Source: the human T2T-CHM13v2.0 reference genome, Homo sapiens. Taken from it: DNA of 64,000 bases. The position numbers and the translations under genes are program-made. The notes under the pieces were generated by a model, which saw only the letters and a program-made list of their open reading frames with translations, did no database searches and was not told the DNA's origin. The stretch lies in assembly GCF_009914755.1 (NCBI RefSeq), contig NC_060945.1. One strand, given 5' to 3'. How positions within the stretch are numbered: position 1 is the stretch's first letter; each line of letters opens with the position of its first letter. Below, piece by piece: positions 28,900-44,364 of the stretch.

Positions 28900-29184
28900 T
28901 TTTTTTCTTGAGATGATGTTTCACTCCATCATTCAGGCTGGAGTGCGGTAGCCAATCTTGGTTCATTGCAACCTCTGCCTCCGGTGGTTCAAGTGAATCT
29001 CCTGCCTCAGCCTCCAGAGTAGCTGGGACTACAGGCTCACGCCACCATGGCTGGCTAATTTTTGTATTTTTAGTAGAGATGGAGTTTCGCCATGTTAGCC
29101 AGGCTGCTTTCAAACTCCTGATCTCAGGTGATCCGCCTGCCTTGGATGTGTTGGGATTACAGGCATCAGCCACTGCACCCGGCC
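28900..29184 (-). mobile_element. diverged AluS
   Basis: gttcattgcaacctctgcctcc...ctcaggtgatccgcctgccttgg...ccactgcacccggcc. Confidence 0.88.
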
Positions 29185-29503
29185 TGTTGTATATTTTATT
29201 TATGTTTATATGTGACTTTTTAAACTTGCTAGAACTTTTGGAAACAAGAAAGACACTTTGTTCATTTTTTTTCTGTCTTGATATGAATTAGCTGTCTGTT
29301 GTTTAACATATTTTTGTTACAGATTTGCTTTGCTTTTAAATTTATTAAATTTCTACATAAAAGGAACAATTGAAGAGATTTTTTCATAACCACATGGGAA
29401 TTTATATGGTCAAAAATAATTTCTTCTAAAACCCTTTGACTTCCTTGAAATGTTTTCTAGAGCTCTTAGAATCAATCTCAGTCAACTTAAAACCCAGGAT
29501 ATT

Positions 29504-29851
<348 letters not shown>

Positions 29852-30494
29852 AGCCCCAGAAAATTGAATACACTTTGTTTACTTAAGCTTGTAATGATCT
29901 CTTTTTTGAACTATTAGGTTTTTCTTAAAACTCCTTTCCATCACTTTTTCCTGCTTGTCTCTTCATGAATTGAACCTAGCCTCTCTCCACCCAACATCCT
30001 AATTAAAAAGCAAAACTTCTGAGCATGTGCTGATCTGATATAGAGATAGCAGAAACTGGAGAGATAGTAGAACTTCCTGAGATCCTAGAAATCCCTCTCA
30101 AGAAGGAAATAGGCTGATGCAAATTGTTTCATGATTTGTAAATACATATGTAAAATTAGCTGAACCTAGTAGATAAATATTATTAAAAGCTTAAACTGAT
30201 GCATGGCCTAAATTCAGTCAGATTTTATCAATTTTAGAAAGTAATATTATTTTCTAAAATTCAACATCACAGGAAAGATAAGAAAATAAAAATGTTACTT
30301 TTAAAACATTAAAGTTACACTTATTTTAGAAAAAGTTTATATGCTAAGTTAAATGAAGATATCTAAAAGAACTAATATGATTTTGAAAATTGAGCAGAGT
30401 GACTATTTTCCTCCCCAACATATGACTTAGAACAGTACCACAGCCAATGTATGTTTCTCGAATACTTTTGCAGTATGAAAAGAAAGTAGTTATA

Positions 30495-30740
30495 ATACCT
30501 AACATTTATATAGCACTTCCTATGTGTCAGCCATTTTTCAGAGTTTTTTTCTAAACATAGCAATCAATTTAATGTTTATTACATGCCTTTAATGGCAGGT
30601 CCTATTGTCCTCAACCTCACTTTCCAGATAAGGGAATTGGGACAGAAATAGAAGATAGGAAACTTGCCTAAATGGCAGGGCTAAGATTTAAACCTGGCTA
30701 AGACTCCAGGGTCTGTATTTCAATGGTTTTTACTACTAAA
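30495..30740 (-). mobile_element. MIR relic
   Basis: aacatttatatagcacttcctatgtgtcag...cagataagggaa...aacttgcc. Confidence 0.55.
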
Positions 30741-33019
30741 CTATACTACCTCCCACAGTATTACAAACAATTGCAATTTCACTGGTAAAGGAAACGAAAG
30801 AAACATTTTATTTGAGCTATGTAGTCCTCTGCGATCCCTATATTTCTGAAGTTTCCACATATTATGAACCTCATTTGTCCTGAGCCTTCTAAATGAATGG
30901 GCCACTTCTGAGCACCTCAAGATGCTGTCCTGCCTCAGCACCACCTTCTTGACCAATTCCTTTTGCTTCTAAGAGGTACAGAGAAACCCTGACTGCTGAC
31001 AATACAGAGATTTAGAAGCCATTGCTTCACCAGAAGAGAGTTCTTCAGAAGGACTAGAAAAATTAAGAGGCTTAGGTGTTCTTACCTAAAGCAGTATTAA
31101 TTCAAAGTTTATCTGTTTCATTTAGTCTTTTCTGTCACTTAAGGTAAAGGCAAAGAACAAAACAACAATACAAACAACAAACCTGCCTGGATAAGAGGAA
31201 CATCGAGAAATATTTAATTCTCTTTCATTTCAGAGATAGGATGTTCTGACACATAAAAAAGCAGGCTAGAAGAAAAACGCCCTTTGGAGAGGAATGACTG
31301 GTTGATTATGAAATCACAGGTATGGGAGTTGGAGAGGACCTATTAAATCCTATCATCTGTCCTCATTATATGACTTGTCTAATTTTAAAAAACTCCTGCT
31401 ACTACGCTTTCTCCTGAGACTTCATTTCAGACCCGACTATTTAAAACCTCCACTTGACATTCAACTCGTTTCACTTTGGTCAGTTTCATCTTATTTCCTT
31501 AGTTATTTAATCTGTTGGCAAGCCGAAACCATTTTCCCCTTTAATGTACTTATGCTCTTCAAATATCAGTGGAGTTACTTTATCTCTTATTAGGATGACA
31601 TAAGAGCAGAAAAATGATAATTTGAACATCAGAGATTTCAACCACATAAAAGGTATCTGTCATAGTCAATAGATATAAATGCTTTTTGCACTTTCCTCTA
31701 ACTACTCTTGTCCAAGTGTGGTAGAAACTTTTTTTTAATTACAGTAAAGAGAAAAAAAAAGATCAGATTATTTGACTGTTTTAGGCCAGACCCCTTCAGA
31801 GAGTTGGGGTGATTATCATGTAGGGGTTAGTTTTCAGCTGTGTAATTAGTGATTTTTCCATGGAGAATCAGGCACTGGGAAATAACTTATTCAAAGAAGA
31901 TTAATTATGTATGAGAGTATTCATGTCATCATTTTCAACACTAAACTTTTTTTGTCTTACGGGGTTGGCAATTTACATAAAGAACATTTTTTATGTGAAG
32001 GCCCACACTGGTGACTCATTTAGCTGGATCCTGTTGGCTTCAGTTAAAAACTATATTCAGAATCTGACCTTTTCTCACCACATCTGCTCCCACTGATCTG
32101 AGTCTCATGACCTCTTCTCTAGTTAGGCAATGGCCTTCCACCAGTCTCTTTTCAACACTCTTGCCCTCGCACAAACTATCTTTCAACAGATCAGTCATGT
32201 TCCCTCTGCCTGGAATAATCTGTGTGGCTAATTCTTTCAATTCCTTACAGTTTTGATTCAAATGTCACTTTTTCAATGAGACTTACTGCTCATCTTCTTC
32301 TAATTTGTAACAGCATCTTAGCCCCACCCTCCCCATCCTCTTACAAAGCTTCATATTTTCCCAAAGTACCTATTCACATTTAACACACCAAGGAACAATT
32401 AATTATATATATACATATATATATAATTTCCTATTCTCTGTTTTTTCTTGCTAGAATTTGTGTTTCATGAGAGCAGAAAATTTGGTTTATTTTGTTCACA
32501 GATATATTCTGAATGACTTGAATAAGGCCTGGAGCTCAATAAATGCTTCTTAAATAAAAGAACAAAATAATACATTTGAAGGGGCTTTTACTGATGACTC
32601 TGAAATATATTAAAGTAGTCACTTTTTACTAAAATCTATTTTTATTAAGTTGAAATAGTGTGATGAACCATATTTTGATATTCTAGGGATATCATTCTCT
32701 AAAGAAGTAGGATTAGTCAGATATATTTCTATCTTGAAAAAAATTAACTCTTTAAAGTCCTTTAACTAAATGTCACTCACAATTTATGTTAAATCAACCA
32801 CTTAATTTTCAGGTCTTAAAATCAGGAATATTAATCTTCGTAATTGGTCATTAATACCAAATTGCAATGCCAATTTGCTTAGAATTTTTGTTAACTTTAG
32901 AAACTATTTTATTCAGTCAATAACTTATTCAGAAATTACTTGAGTCAAAGTTGTAGATATTTATTTACATATTCAAAAATAATTTTGCATGTTAATTACA
33001 TTCATGCACTGAGAATACC

Positions 33020-33391
33020 TGATATGGTTTGGCTCTGTGTCCCCACCCAAATCTCATCTCCAATTGTAATCTACATAGTTCCCATGTGTTGAGGGCAGGA
33101 CCTGGTGGGAGTGATGGGATCACGGGGGCAATTTTTTCAATGCCGTTCTCATAATGGTGAGTTCCCACAAGATCTGGTGGTTTTATATGTGTTTGACATT
33201 TCTTCCTAAACACACTCACTGTCTCTTGCCTGCAGCCACGTAAGACGTGTCTGCTTTGCCTTCTGCCATGATTATAAGTGTCCTGAGACCTCCCCAGCCA
33301 TGCAGAACTATGAGTCAATGAAACCTCTTTCCTTTATAAATTACCCAGTCTCGGGTATTTCTTTATGGCAGTGTGAAAATGGACTAATACA
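33020..33391 (+). mobile_element. MaLR solo LTR (THE1D/MSTA-like)
   Basis: tgatatggtttggctctgtgtccccacccaaatctcatct...aaattacccagtctcgggtatttc...gtgaaaatggactaataca (TG...CA termini). Confidence 0.92.
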
Positions 33392-34034
33392 TGCCCTATT
33401 AATTCAAAGTTAAAAGAGACTAGGTTTTTGTTCCTGAAAAGAATACTGTGGTAAAAAGAAACAAATAAGTGAGTAAATATAATGCTATATAATAGGAAAA
33501 ATGGAAGAGGTGCTTAGAATATTTAAGGGAAAAAAAATTTCAACTTGGAAGTTTTGGACAGACTTTGTGGAAGTTACTGTATATGACCTGTATCCTTAAT
33601 GCCTAGAACCATAGCTGGTTAGAGGTGGCTTTTAACGTTTGTTTGAATGAGATAGTATTCTTATCAGCAAGTCATATTATAAGATGAATTTTGACTAAGA
33701 AAATTATATAAATTCACAACTTTTCACTGTTTTTTTGTAATTTTCCTTATACATTCCTTCTAAGATTTGTAACTCTCACTTCAGTGATTATATTTGGTAT
33801 TATGAATATGTGTTCCAAGACTTTCATGATTGATCTTCCCACTACAAGTTCCTTAGCTTCTAATATTTCACCACGATTTCTGGTTTCTCAGCAAAATATT
33901 ATTGTCTCTAATATTTCCACCTGGCATCAATTCTAATATCTCATTCAGATGAAAAATGTACTTAGAAATCACAACCTTGCCCTATTAGCATGCTTTAGAA
34001 TCAGACTTCCATAGGGCTTCTCAGAAGAAGCAAG

Positions 34035-34215
34035 TCTATCTTTGTTTCAAGATTATGCAATCTTGTATGTTGAAAATGCTAAGGAATTCTTTAAAGGAAC
34101 ATCGGAGATAACAAACAAATTCAGCAGGACTGCTGTTGGGTCTAAGATCAATATGCAAAAATCCATTTTATTTCTGTGCATTAGCAATGTACAATCAGAA
34201 AACGAAATTAAGACA
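34035..34215 (+). mobile_element. ancient L1 ORF2 (reverse transcriptase region) fragment
   Basis: translation FQDYAILYVENAKE...NKFS...KINMQKSILFL resembles L1 FADDMIVYLENP...KINVQKS. Confidence 0.7.
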
Positions 34216-34557
34216 AATAGACCAAACTTCAGAAAAGCTAATTGCCTCACTCAAATCTACTTAGTTAATAATAAGTGGCAAGTCTAGGATGACAACCTAG
34301 TCTTGTCTCTAATGACCTCTGTGTACTTTTCAACATTTTGCAAATATATAGGGTAAACCAATATATTTCTTGAAACACACTCACTTTTACTTGCCTGTTT
34401 GATTACCATTTTTCATTTAATTAATTGAATTTTTAAAAAACCCAAAAAGACTTTTGCATTTAATACTGCTCACTTTACACTGCAGTACAACACATACCTC
34501 TTTCCTTTTGATTTATGAATTAAAATCCTTTTGACTTCTGAATTAAATGAATTATAC

Positions 34558-34707
34558 CTGAAGCATTGCCAAAAGTGTGGTCAAAATTGGGTCCAGTAAA
34601 AGGAGAAAAGGTGCTTCCCTGAATCCTTTCCCATTCATTATCATCATTTAGATCCTGGACCCAGAAACAAAAGCCATCCTCAAAGTTACAATTAATTTTC
34701 TCATAAT
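34558..34707 (-). CDS. TMPRSS15: TMPRSS15 exon ~10 (150 nt, phase 1-1), start of MAM
   Basis: ttcattcacag|ATTATGAG...GCTTCAG|gtataa; (N)YEKINCNFEDGFCFWVQDLNDDNEWERIQGSTFSPFTGPNFDHTFGNAS, with the CNFE MAM signature. Confidence 0.97.
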
Positions 34708-35377
34708 CTGTGAATGAAAAAAAAGAAGGAATAAAAAAAATTTAGTCCATAATGTGAGTAGTTATATTAGATTGTATTGAAAATAATCTAACCTTATACA
34801 GCTTATACTTCAGTGGTATGTACAAAATCATTATTTTTTATTGATCTTAACTCTGTTGCATTCTATTTATTTTTTTTAAAGCAGCTTTTTGTTGCCAACT
34901 GTGTTAAATTAATACATTTCCTATACTCTGTCAGGGTATTAGCAAATATAAGTTTCTCATTTTTTAAGTTTTACATCTTGTTTCCATTGGTTCACCCACA
35001 GAAACTTTGTTCCATATTTTTCTCTCTCCTGTTACTAAATTTAATACCTTGATCCAAATTAAGTTTATGTAGAATTTTCTCTGAATTAGTTTTATGCTAG
35101 TATTTTCTAACTTGCAATGCTTGCAGCAAATAAAATTTTAATTTGATTTTATAGTGATTTATAAGTTTTCTCAAATTGGTTATTTGATTCCTTTGAAAAA
35201 TGTAAACCATTGTCCAATTTCTCATTTCTTTTTAAGTTCTAAGAAGAGAAAGATGCACATACAAGATACTCATTATAAAATTACATCATGAAAATTTTAG
35301 ATTCTGCTACCTTTAAAATTCCATCATAACATTAAAGCATCTAAAAATTAAAAAGCCAAAAAATAAATAATACTTAC

Positions 35378-35518
35378 TATTAAGCTCACTGCTGTTAAAT
35401 GCAGTATATGTTGCATTAAAGCCAACATAATCACTTTCATCAGATTCTATAAGAAAGGTGGCAGTAACTTGGTTGGAAAAAATTCTTATTGTGCCAGGAT
35501 TAGTTTCCCAAATAGAAG
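35378..35518 (-). CDS. TMPRSS15: TMPRSS15 exon ~9 (141 nt, phase 1-1), end of CUB1
   Basis: ttttgtag|CTTCTATT...CTTAATA|gtaagt; (A)SIWETNPGTIRIFSNQVTATFLIESDESDYVGFNATYTAFNSSELN. Confidence 0.97.
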
Positions 35519-38500
35519 CTACAAAATAAAATAAACAACTGTTATATGTATATATCTATCTGTTCATCTCTCTATCCATCCATCAGTCCATCTACTGAAC
35601 TATCAGTTTGTCAGTTGATCTATACAAATATCTATCTGATACCACTTAGTTAACTAAAAGCATTAGTCTTACATTTGTTTTAATTAAAATATCTCTTCTC
35701 TCAAACATTAGAAAGCCTCAAATTATTATACATATTTATGGTTTGATAAAAAAGGTATTTTTAATTTTTAATTGTTAGCTCTATGCACTATATATACATA
35801 GAAAAGATGCATTCATTTACTGGCAAAGTTCATCTAAGAAACATTAGTTAAGCAGTTTTGAAAATTAAAGTCAACTTAGCTTTATCAGGTATTTACTGTG
35901 TCCCACTCACAGGGGCTTAATCTGGGTAAAATAACAGAAACAAAAGAGTATTCTTTGGCTCTTTACGCTTGTAACTATACGACCTCAAAATAATACCAGG
36001 TGACTTAAGATTGTTTCTACAGCATTTTATATTGATGTAACATTTGTCTGTCTTGAGTATAAACTGCTTAGAGGATTTTTTTTTTCATTTTTGATTGTCA
36101 AGAGTTAGTATAATACTAGGATTATAAAAAGCTTCCATATGATGCTTTACAAAATCATTGTTACATAAAATTTGCTTTTATGAAAATGTACAGCACATAC
36201 ATTTTCAAAGGGGGTGGTCTTGCCTTTAGCGGAGTGAAAATTGGTTTTGAGGGAGAAAAACAGTTTTAATTTTTAAATGTGTAAAGCTCAGATATACCCA
36301 CAGTCCACGAACAGATACACAGAATATAGTGCATATGAAATATTAGACTTTCACGAGGAGCTGTTAGAAAAAAACAAGGCCTGAAATGGTCTCTTAGTGG
36401 AGGTGATAATGAAAAAAAGTGTTAACAAACAATGCATTAGCATTTTAGTTTGACAATCTGAGCATGGCATTAGATTCAGGCCTATAAAAAATACCATACT
36501 TGCAGATAGGAGACAATGAACCACTGTGAAATAACAGTGAGTTATTTAACATTGAGTTCTGAAAAGAGATACTTTTATGAACTATTAGATATCTTGTGAT
36601 TATGTAGTAATTAGGAAACAATGTGATACATACAATGGAATTTCAACATAATCTAATAGAAAGGACATCATGAACAAGCATTGATTCACATCTTAATGTT
36701 TTTCCCCAAAATGTGTGTCATGCATTCAATGTTTTTTATGAAGAACTATTATTTAGACTGTTGCTACGGCAGCATGCATACCTGTGTAATTTTAATACTT
36801 CTCATACTGAAAACCTTTGGAGTTCATAAGTGTTAGTCACTTAAGGGATGTGAACATTCTAGAAACTTTAAACCTATCTGCCTCTTTTTTCCTTTTTATT
36901 CCATGGCAATGGAATTCTCTTGGACAATGGCCTCTGGCTGGCTTTGAATGTGGTTGGTGGTTCAACCACACCCTTAGTGTGTTGGATTTCATAGTGTGTT
37001 GGATTCTCACGATATCTAATAGAACTGTGCTAGTCTAAAAAGTCCAGGAGCTTACCTTGAATTCCATTAACCTGCTTCAGAGATACATGAAAATCTCCTA
37101 AAATGGTGTAGAATATGTGTCTGTAGAGATTTTACAAAACTTTCATAAGATAGTCTTAAAGTCTCCTTGCCTAATAAGAGTCCCAGGACTACAGATCTAG
37201 TGAAAGCCATGTATTTCACAAATCCAGGGAGTAGTGGAGGGTAGTGGTTAAGAGCAGGGGCTCCAGCATCAGTATTTGATTGAGTCTTGGTTCCATGTCT
37301 TACTAGACTACTCTGTGCCTTTCTTCTGTAGTGTTACAACTTTTTCCCATAAAGATTTGTGATAAGGAGTAAAAGTAATTCTCATGTAAGACAGTGACTG
37401 GTATATACTAAATGCTTAGTGAATTCTATCTTTTGCTTCTCTATCTCACCAACTAGGTTGTAAACCTTGAAAAGGATGAGATCATGACTTAATGCTTTCT
37501 GTGCCTCTGTCATTGTACCAAAGCATAGGAGATTTTTAATCAATATTTGAGGGCATATATCATGATGTGAGTAAACAGAGTAATAGAATTTGCCTACATA
37601 AACGAGACAGGGTTTGTGTTGAAAGAAAAAGAAAACAATTACCTAATATCTTTTAAAGGATGACTTTTTTCCTATATCACAACTGATAAATTTTTAGACA
37701 TTCCTTAAGAAAATCCAATGTCTTCTACTAAAAATCCAAAACTTTTATGGATGTTAATTTGCATAGACTGATCAAGCAGTCACTCTTAAATGTGAATTAA
37801 CTCATCATTTGTCTACTAACAGCAAAGGCTCTGGTGAATAGGTTTTGTGAAAGAAGAAAGAAGTATGATACAGATGTGGGGAATTTGGAAAGACGGCAAT
37901 GGACGGGGAAGACCAACTTTCTACAGAATAGGATTCAACAGATCTAGTTCAAACTACTTATATTATCCAATTTATAAGAGTGAAAATGCGGCAACTAGAG
38001 TACCATCTTTATTATAAAATAATTTCTAATATATTCAACACGTCTTAGTGAGTGCCCACTATGAATTTAGTCTGGGGCCAAGTGCTGATGACATAGAAAA
38101 GAAGTAACCAGTTTCCTCTATTAGAAGAATTTATATTGGTGAGTTATTAAAAATAACCATAAAATTATTATATAAGGGAAAAATGCTATGGGGGTACCAA
38201 AGAAGGAATCTTTAATTTTGCCAGGCACTATGATTGGCGAATCTTTGAGAATTTCTGGAAGGGATGACTTAAGCAAACTTAGTGCTTGCTAAAATAAACT
38301 TTTCCACATAACATACCCCTATCAACAGAAGTGAATTAATGGGTACTTCTGAGTATACATAAAAGTGTCCTAATAAAAGCACAAAATGTGTTGAAAATGC
38401 TTTACTTTGAATAATATTTGCCTATATTGTTTAATTCCATAATGCAGTGTGATTATTTTTGTTGTAGGATAAGTTGACAATTCAGGAATATACACTATGT

Positions 38501-41411
38501 TTATTGCATAGCTTTGGCTATAGCTATGCACACTTCTGTGTGCCTCAGGATAAGCATGGCCTTACACAATGTTAAGCTACAGTATTAGAAATATATTGTC
38601 AGCAGTCCTGTGGGAATGGAATACCAGCTAAGCACTTGAGATATAAAGAATGGCATAACAACTATGCACTCAGAGACACAATTCCTGGGCTAAGCATTTT
38701 GAAACCGTTTTCAGTGTGCTAACCTAGGCATTTTTGTTGTCTTTCTTTGAAGATGCATAAAAACATTTATAGATTTTTGTGACCACTAAATTAAGTAAGC
38801 TCACTCACCGTCTTCTACCCCTTTCATATGAAGTATTAATAATTATTACAACCATTGAATTCAATATTATACCTTCATCATTGCAACTTAAAGAAAACAC
38901 TTTTGAAATAACTTTCCCAGCACTCTATTTTGATTTACTTCAATTTTCATAATTATTTGAAGACTGCACTATCACTTTACACAATGTCTGTATTTCTCTG
39001 ATGCTTTTTAGCAGTTAGAGAACTTTTGCATCACAATTGTAGATTAAAATGATGGAAAAAAATGCCTTTAGGATTTGTTTATGCTGATTTCCCCCTAATC
39101 AGGTATATAACAACTATTTTATGATGATAATTCCTTACATTGTCTCTATATAATCCCACTTACCCTAAGTAAAAAATTTATATATTTCCAATATTGTACA
39201 AATAATAACTATTTGAGATTGTATATTTTGAATTGGAATTTAATGAAAGCAAACCTTGTAAGCATCTTTCACATAAAGAAATTGCTAAAACATTTAGGGA
39301 AAGATGAGCTTGTGACTTGAGAATGAAAGTATCTGCATTATTACCATACAAATTAACTTTACACTTATGGGAAATACTGCTTGTTTCCATTGATTATACA
39401 CTATAATACCATATGATAGAAATATATCCCAGTTGGTGTAAATTCAAATAAACAAACCTTGAGTTTCTACAATACACCAGACTTTGTGCTAGATGCCAGT
39501 TGTAAGATAATATTAGTTTTCTTAGAAAAAATTAGAATTTTTAATTGTAAAATTTAACACCCAATACACTTTCTCACATTTTTAGATTATAATTAAAATA
39601 TTTAATTTTCAAAACTTTAAAATAAATGATTATTCTGAATATCTTAAAATTAAGCAACTACCTATTATAATATAACTACATATTCATTGATGTTTTCTGC
39701 TTGGATATTCAGTTTCTTATTATATTTTTATGGCAATTAATTGCATATTAGTCACATCTCTATGGCTAAACATTTTAAAATTTATTCACAAATTGCTGAT
39801 ACCCTAACCATGTGAAAATAATATTTAGACAGACCATGGTATTTGAAGAGTTAAGAAACATGAGAATATCTTATGCCTACCACTTATTCAGCCCTCAACC
39901 TCTACCAATTTAGATTTTATCTTCTGTATAATAGGGATGATAATATCACCTACATAATTGGTTTGGAAGAGCATTTAGTCAGTCAACTCAAAGTGCTGAC
40001 AACACTCCTTTACACAGTGTAGGTGAAAATATATGGTAAAGTTTATTAATGTCACATTAGTCTTTGGAAATATTTATATGAAGTAACCTATTTGTCCACC
40101 TATGTAAATATTTATGTTGATCATAATTTTAAAAAACTGCATCTATCAGCTATAGAAATAGATTATGAAATGGTTGGCCCATTTTTTTTTAAGAGCAAAT
40201 GTGACTTACCATGAGTTCACATGTTTTATATATACTCATTATGATATTTTTACTTGGGCTTTTAAGGCACAAAGAATAATGGTATTATGTTTCAAGTCAG
40301 AGAGTTTGGGCTTTGATTTCTGCCTCCAACACTGTGAACTTATGGTAATTTAATATATTATACCTCATTTTACTGTTCTGTAAAACATATTTTGCAGGTT
40401 TGTTGAAAATATTAAAGAAGAAAATGCACATTGATTATTCAGTAGAGTATCACACAACAATACCTAATAAAAATGAGATATTATTAGCATATGCTTAAAT
40501 ATTTCTCAAATCATTAAATCTGTAAAAAATTATTCAATAGGATTCACTTTTCATTACGTATAAATACAATTTGAGAGGCAAGGTTCTTAAAATAAAGTTA
40601 TTATATAAAATTTAATCACAGGTGTCACCAACCTTATCTTAGCTCTAGAACAGTTAACTATTTCTCCAACATGCGAGGAAAACTAGTTATTCCCTTGGCT
40701 TCGTTTCCACATTCTCTACCTCATCCTCACTTTATTTCCCCGTGGAATTTTGCCCCTAATTTCACTGGTTACTGTGAATAGATCTGTGCATTTTGGGGCC
40801 CGGTGGAATAAAGGGGCATGAATAGAAACATATTACTAGGGCATTCCCTGCCCTCTTTTCAGCTTCCAGCCCCGTCCATGTGTAACGATAAATGGTTATA
40901 TAGTAACAATACCATCCATCCACATCTATCATTTACTTAGCCTACCTCCTTGGCTAGACAGTGTTTTAGCCACTTTATTAGTAATAGCCTGCAGGAGACC
41001 GAGGAGCAGGATGAACATAAAAAATGACAGAACCTCTGTGAGTTTATAACCTACGCAATGCAGAGAAAACAGAATAGTAATTTTCAGGGATTGTGTGAAT
41101 TTGGTTAATAGGGACTAACATTTAAACAATGTATGGTAACCAAATATATAATTATAATCCTTTGACAAATTTCACATAATTTTTAAGATATTAATTAGGA
41201 GAGGACAATGTTAAAACGTAACTGCTTTATTATGAAGACCACATAGAGCACTAATTTTCTAATTTTTATAATGAGAAGCAATTGTTTTTTTTTTAGTTTT
41301 ATAAGTTTCAAGTCCATATTCACTTCAAAATCAAAGGGAAAACATACCACTCCAAAAATTTACCCACATATTTTCATTTTCATAAGTAATTGTATATTTG
41401 TTTCAACTTAC

Positions 41412-41518
41412 CTCTTAAAATCTTGCTTGATCCTACACCTTCATAAATATCTAATATATCTGTATAATATGTATTAAAATCATCGAAGCTCAGTTTAATG
41501 GAAAGTCCTTGGTTTACA
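41412..41518 (-). CDS. TMPRSS15: TMPRSS15 exon ~8 (107 nt, phase 2-1), CUB1 middle
   Basis: taatttag|TGTAAACC...TTAAGAG|gtaagt; (R)VNQGLSIKLSFDDFNTYYTDILDIYEGVGSSKILR. Confidence 0.97.
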
Positions 41519-41569
41519 CTAAATTAAAAGCAAAAAATAGATTACCAAATTTTTAACAGTTGTCATATT

Positions 41570-42565
41570 TCTTAATGCATTCTAGAATTTGTATGTGTTT
41601 TCTTGTGGTGAACACCACATAATATGATATCTACTCTCTTAAATTTTTAAGTGTACAGTGCAGTATTGCCGGTTATGAACACAATGATGTACAGCAGATC
41701 TCTAGAACTCTTTCAGGACTGAAACTCTGTATCACTGAATGACAACTTCCCATTGCTTAGTCCTCCCAGCCCCTGGCAATCACCATTCTCCTTTCATTTC
41801 CATGAGTTTAACTACTTTCTATGCTTCATGTAAATGAATTCATGCAGTATTTATCTCTCTGTGACTGGCTTATTTCACTTAGCATAATGTTCTCAAGGTT
41901 CTTCTATGTTGTATGATATACAAGATTTCCTTCTTTATGACTGAGTAATATTCATATATATATCACATTTCCTTTGTTCAATCATCGGATTATGGACACT
42001 CACGTTCTTTTTACCTTTTGTTTATTGTAACTAATGCTGAAATGAACATGGGAGTGCAGATATTTCATTCAGATAAATATTCAGAATTGGGAATGCTGGA
42101 TCAGGTGGGAATTCTATTTTTAATTTTTTGAGGAACCTGCACACTGTTCTCCATAGCAGCTGCACCATTTCAGGTCTTCTCGATATCATTTGTGGAAAAA
42201 GACTATCCTTTCCCCTTTGTGTTGTCTTAGCACCCTCGTGGAAGATCATTTGATCATATATGTGAGGCTTTATAGTGGGCTTTCTATTCTGTCTATGTGT
42301 TTGTCTTTTTGCCAGTACGTTACAGTTTTGATTACTATAGCTCTGTAATATATTTTGAAATCAGGAAGTGTGAGACCCCAGGTTTGTTATTTTTTCAGTT
42401 TGTTCTGGCTATTCAGGTTTTGTTGTGATTCCATATACATTTTTGGATTTTTTTTCTATTTCTGTAAAAAACCTCCATTGGTATTTTACAGGGCTTGCAT
42501 TTGATCTGTACATCACTTTCGGTAGTATGAACATTTTAATTATGTTAAATTGTCCAATTCATGTA
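41570..42565 (-). mobile_element. L1MA/MB-type fragment(s), antisense, with internal junction near 42170-42190
   Basis: tgtacagcagatctctagaact...tgtgactggcttatttcacttagcataatg...tttttgaggaacctgcacactgttctcc...tttgccagtac...gaaatcaggaagtgtga. Confidence 0.85.
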
Positions 42566-43559
42566 TATTGTTCATACCATCAAGATGACAGCTATCATAT
42601 TCTATAATTGTTATTTACATACTTAAATGTCTTTCCTAACAGAATTTATATGACTCAAGGACAGGGATTAATTCATTCATTCCTGTATTATCTAATACTT
42701 TGTAGAAACTAGTGCATGCTATTGATATAAAAAAATAATGTATCTAGCTGCTGGTATAAGAGCATAGAAGGAAAAGTGTGACAGGTTCATCAGAAAATTT
42801 AAATTAGATATTTAAACTATTTTCATTTTCAGATAATAGTTTCAGAGAGGGGAGACTTAGTGGAACCTCTATTTACAACTCCACTGTCTCATTAAAGTGT
42901 TATAATCAGAAATGTAAATAACTCCTCCAAGTGCTTTGTAAGTACCAAGTTTCTCTGAACTCCTTGGAAGGGAGATGGCTAAAAGAAATAAAAGTGTGTA
43001 CGGGAGAAAACATCTAAGGCTCCTTGGGCATGAGTTTGGCTAGATCATCTGCAAATGGACCCAGGAAAGGATTAAAAAGGCTAGTAATACTTAAGAGATT
43101 TAGTTTCCAAGGCCAAGCAGGAGCCCTGAGAAGTGGTCTGGCCTCTGACTCTGGCCATGGAGGATACTGAGTGAACAAGGCCTACAGGCAGGGACATGGC
43201 AAGATTGGCTTTTAGGTTCACCACCAGCAGTAATGTGGCCAATAAGGCAATCAAGGACATTCTTCACAGAGTTAGTTAATTTTTGAAAGTCTAAAAGTCA
43301 TTGTTGAGAACTGTTCATTTGTGGCAAGACCTCAGGTTGATCAAACACCATACTATAATTATGGCCAGTGGGGTGGAGTTCAGGGCTGAAGTTTAGTCTT
43401 CAAGTAGTGGGGTTGGTGTTAGTGCAATGGCAGCTACTAGCAGGGCAGCATTAAAAGACAACTAAGCAGAAACTCAGATTTTTGGACCTACTGGTGTTTG
43501 CTGTAAGGGAGATAAAGTTAGAGTGGTGGTAGGTTATTAAAAAAAAAACAAACCCAAAG

Positions 43560-43685
43560 CATAAACCTATAGACTTCAGCCCTGAGTATCAGATTCAGCA
43601 GTTCCAGAGTGTATTTTGGAATGTATATTTTGAGAAGCTCCAAGGGCGATTATGATGAGCTCTTAGGTTTGAGGGCCCTTGAAGT
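43560..43685. mobile_element. MER5-like hAT DNA transposon relic
   Basis: cagattcagcag...ggaatgtatattttgagaagctccaagggcgattatgatg...ggtttgag. Confidence 0.5.
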
Positions 43686-44364
43686 ATGATAGGTAAATGC
43701 AGGAGATGCTACACTCATGGCTACTCTAAGACATGTCTGGTAACCACCGGCAGAGGTAAGGGGATCAAGGTGAGAGAGCAGAAGATCATCCCAGAGTAGA
43801 CAGAGAAGGAAAGTAAAGCTAAGTTTGAAGCTGTTTAAATTCTGCCTCTGTTATGTCAGTTCAAGGACTGGGGGAGTGAGCCTGCTGGTGAGACCTTTAG
43901 AGAATCTGGAGTCAAGCTGGAATAGACAGAGATGGAAGAAAGAGGCAGACTTGAGAGATGATTTCTTAACTAAAGTTCTGGTGTGCCTGGGCAAGAATAT
44001 GGTGAGTGTTTTTTCATCTGATGTTTTCAAGCTGTCAATCTAAGGAACGCAAGCATGAGGAGCCCCCTAGGACGCTTTGCTTTCAGAGGACCTCTGCTTT
44101 TCCAAAATAGATATTTGGAGGTAGAAGAGACAAAAAAGTGCAGACGATTTTCCACCTCCTTCTGATTCAGAAAATTCAACTCACTTCCAATAAAACCACA
44201 GGGATTTATAAAAGTAAGATTAATTGGAGAACATAATCAGATTTTGTTATAATATTAGATATTTCAGTTACCTTCTGATTTTTTGAAGGGATTAAATTAA
44301 ATTTCTTTAAATTTAATTTATACACTTTGTATTATTGTGTCAGTAGTTAATATTTTTATAGACC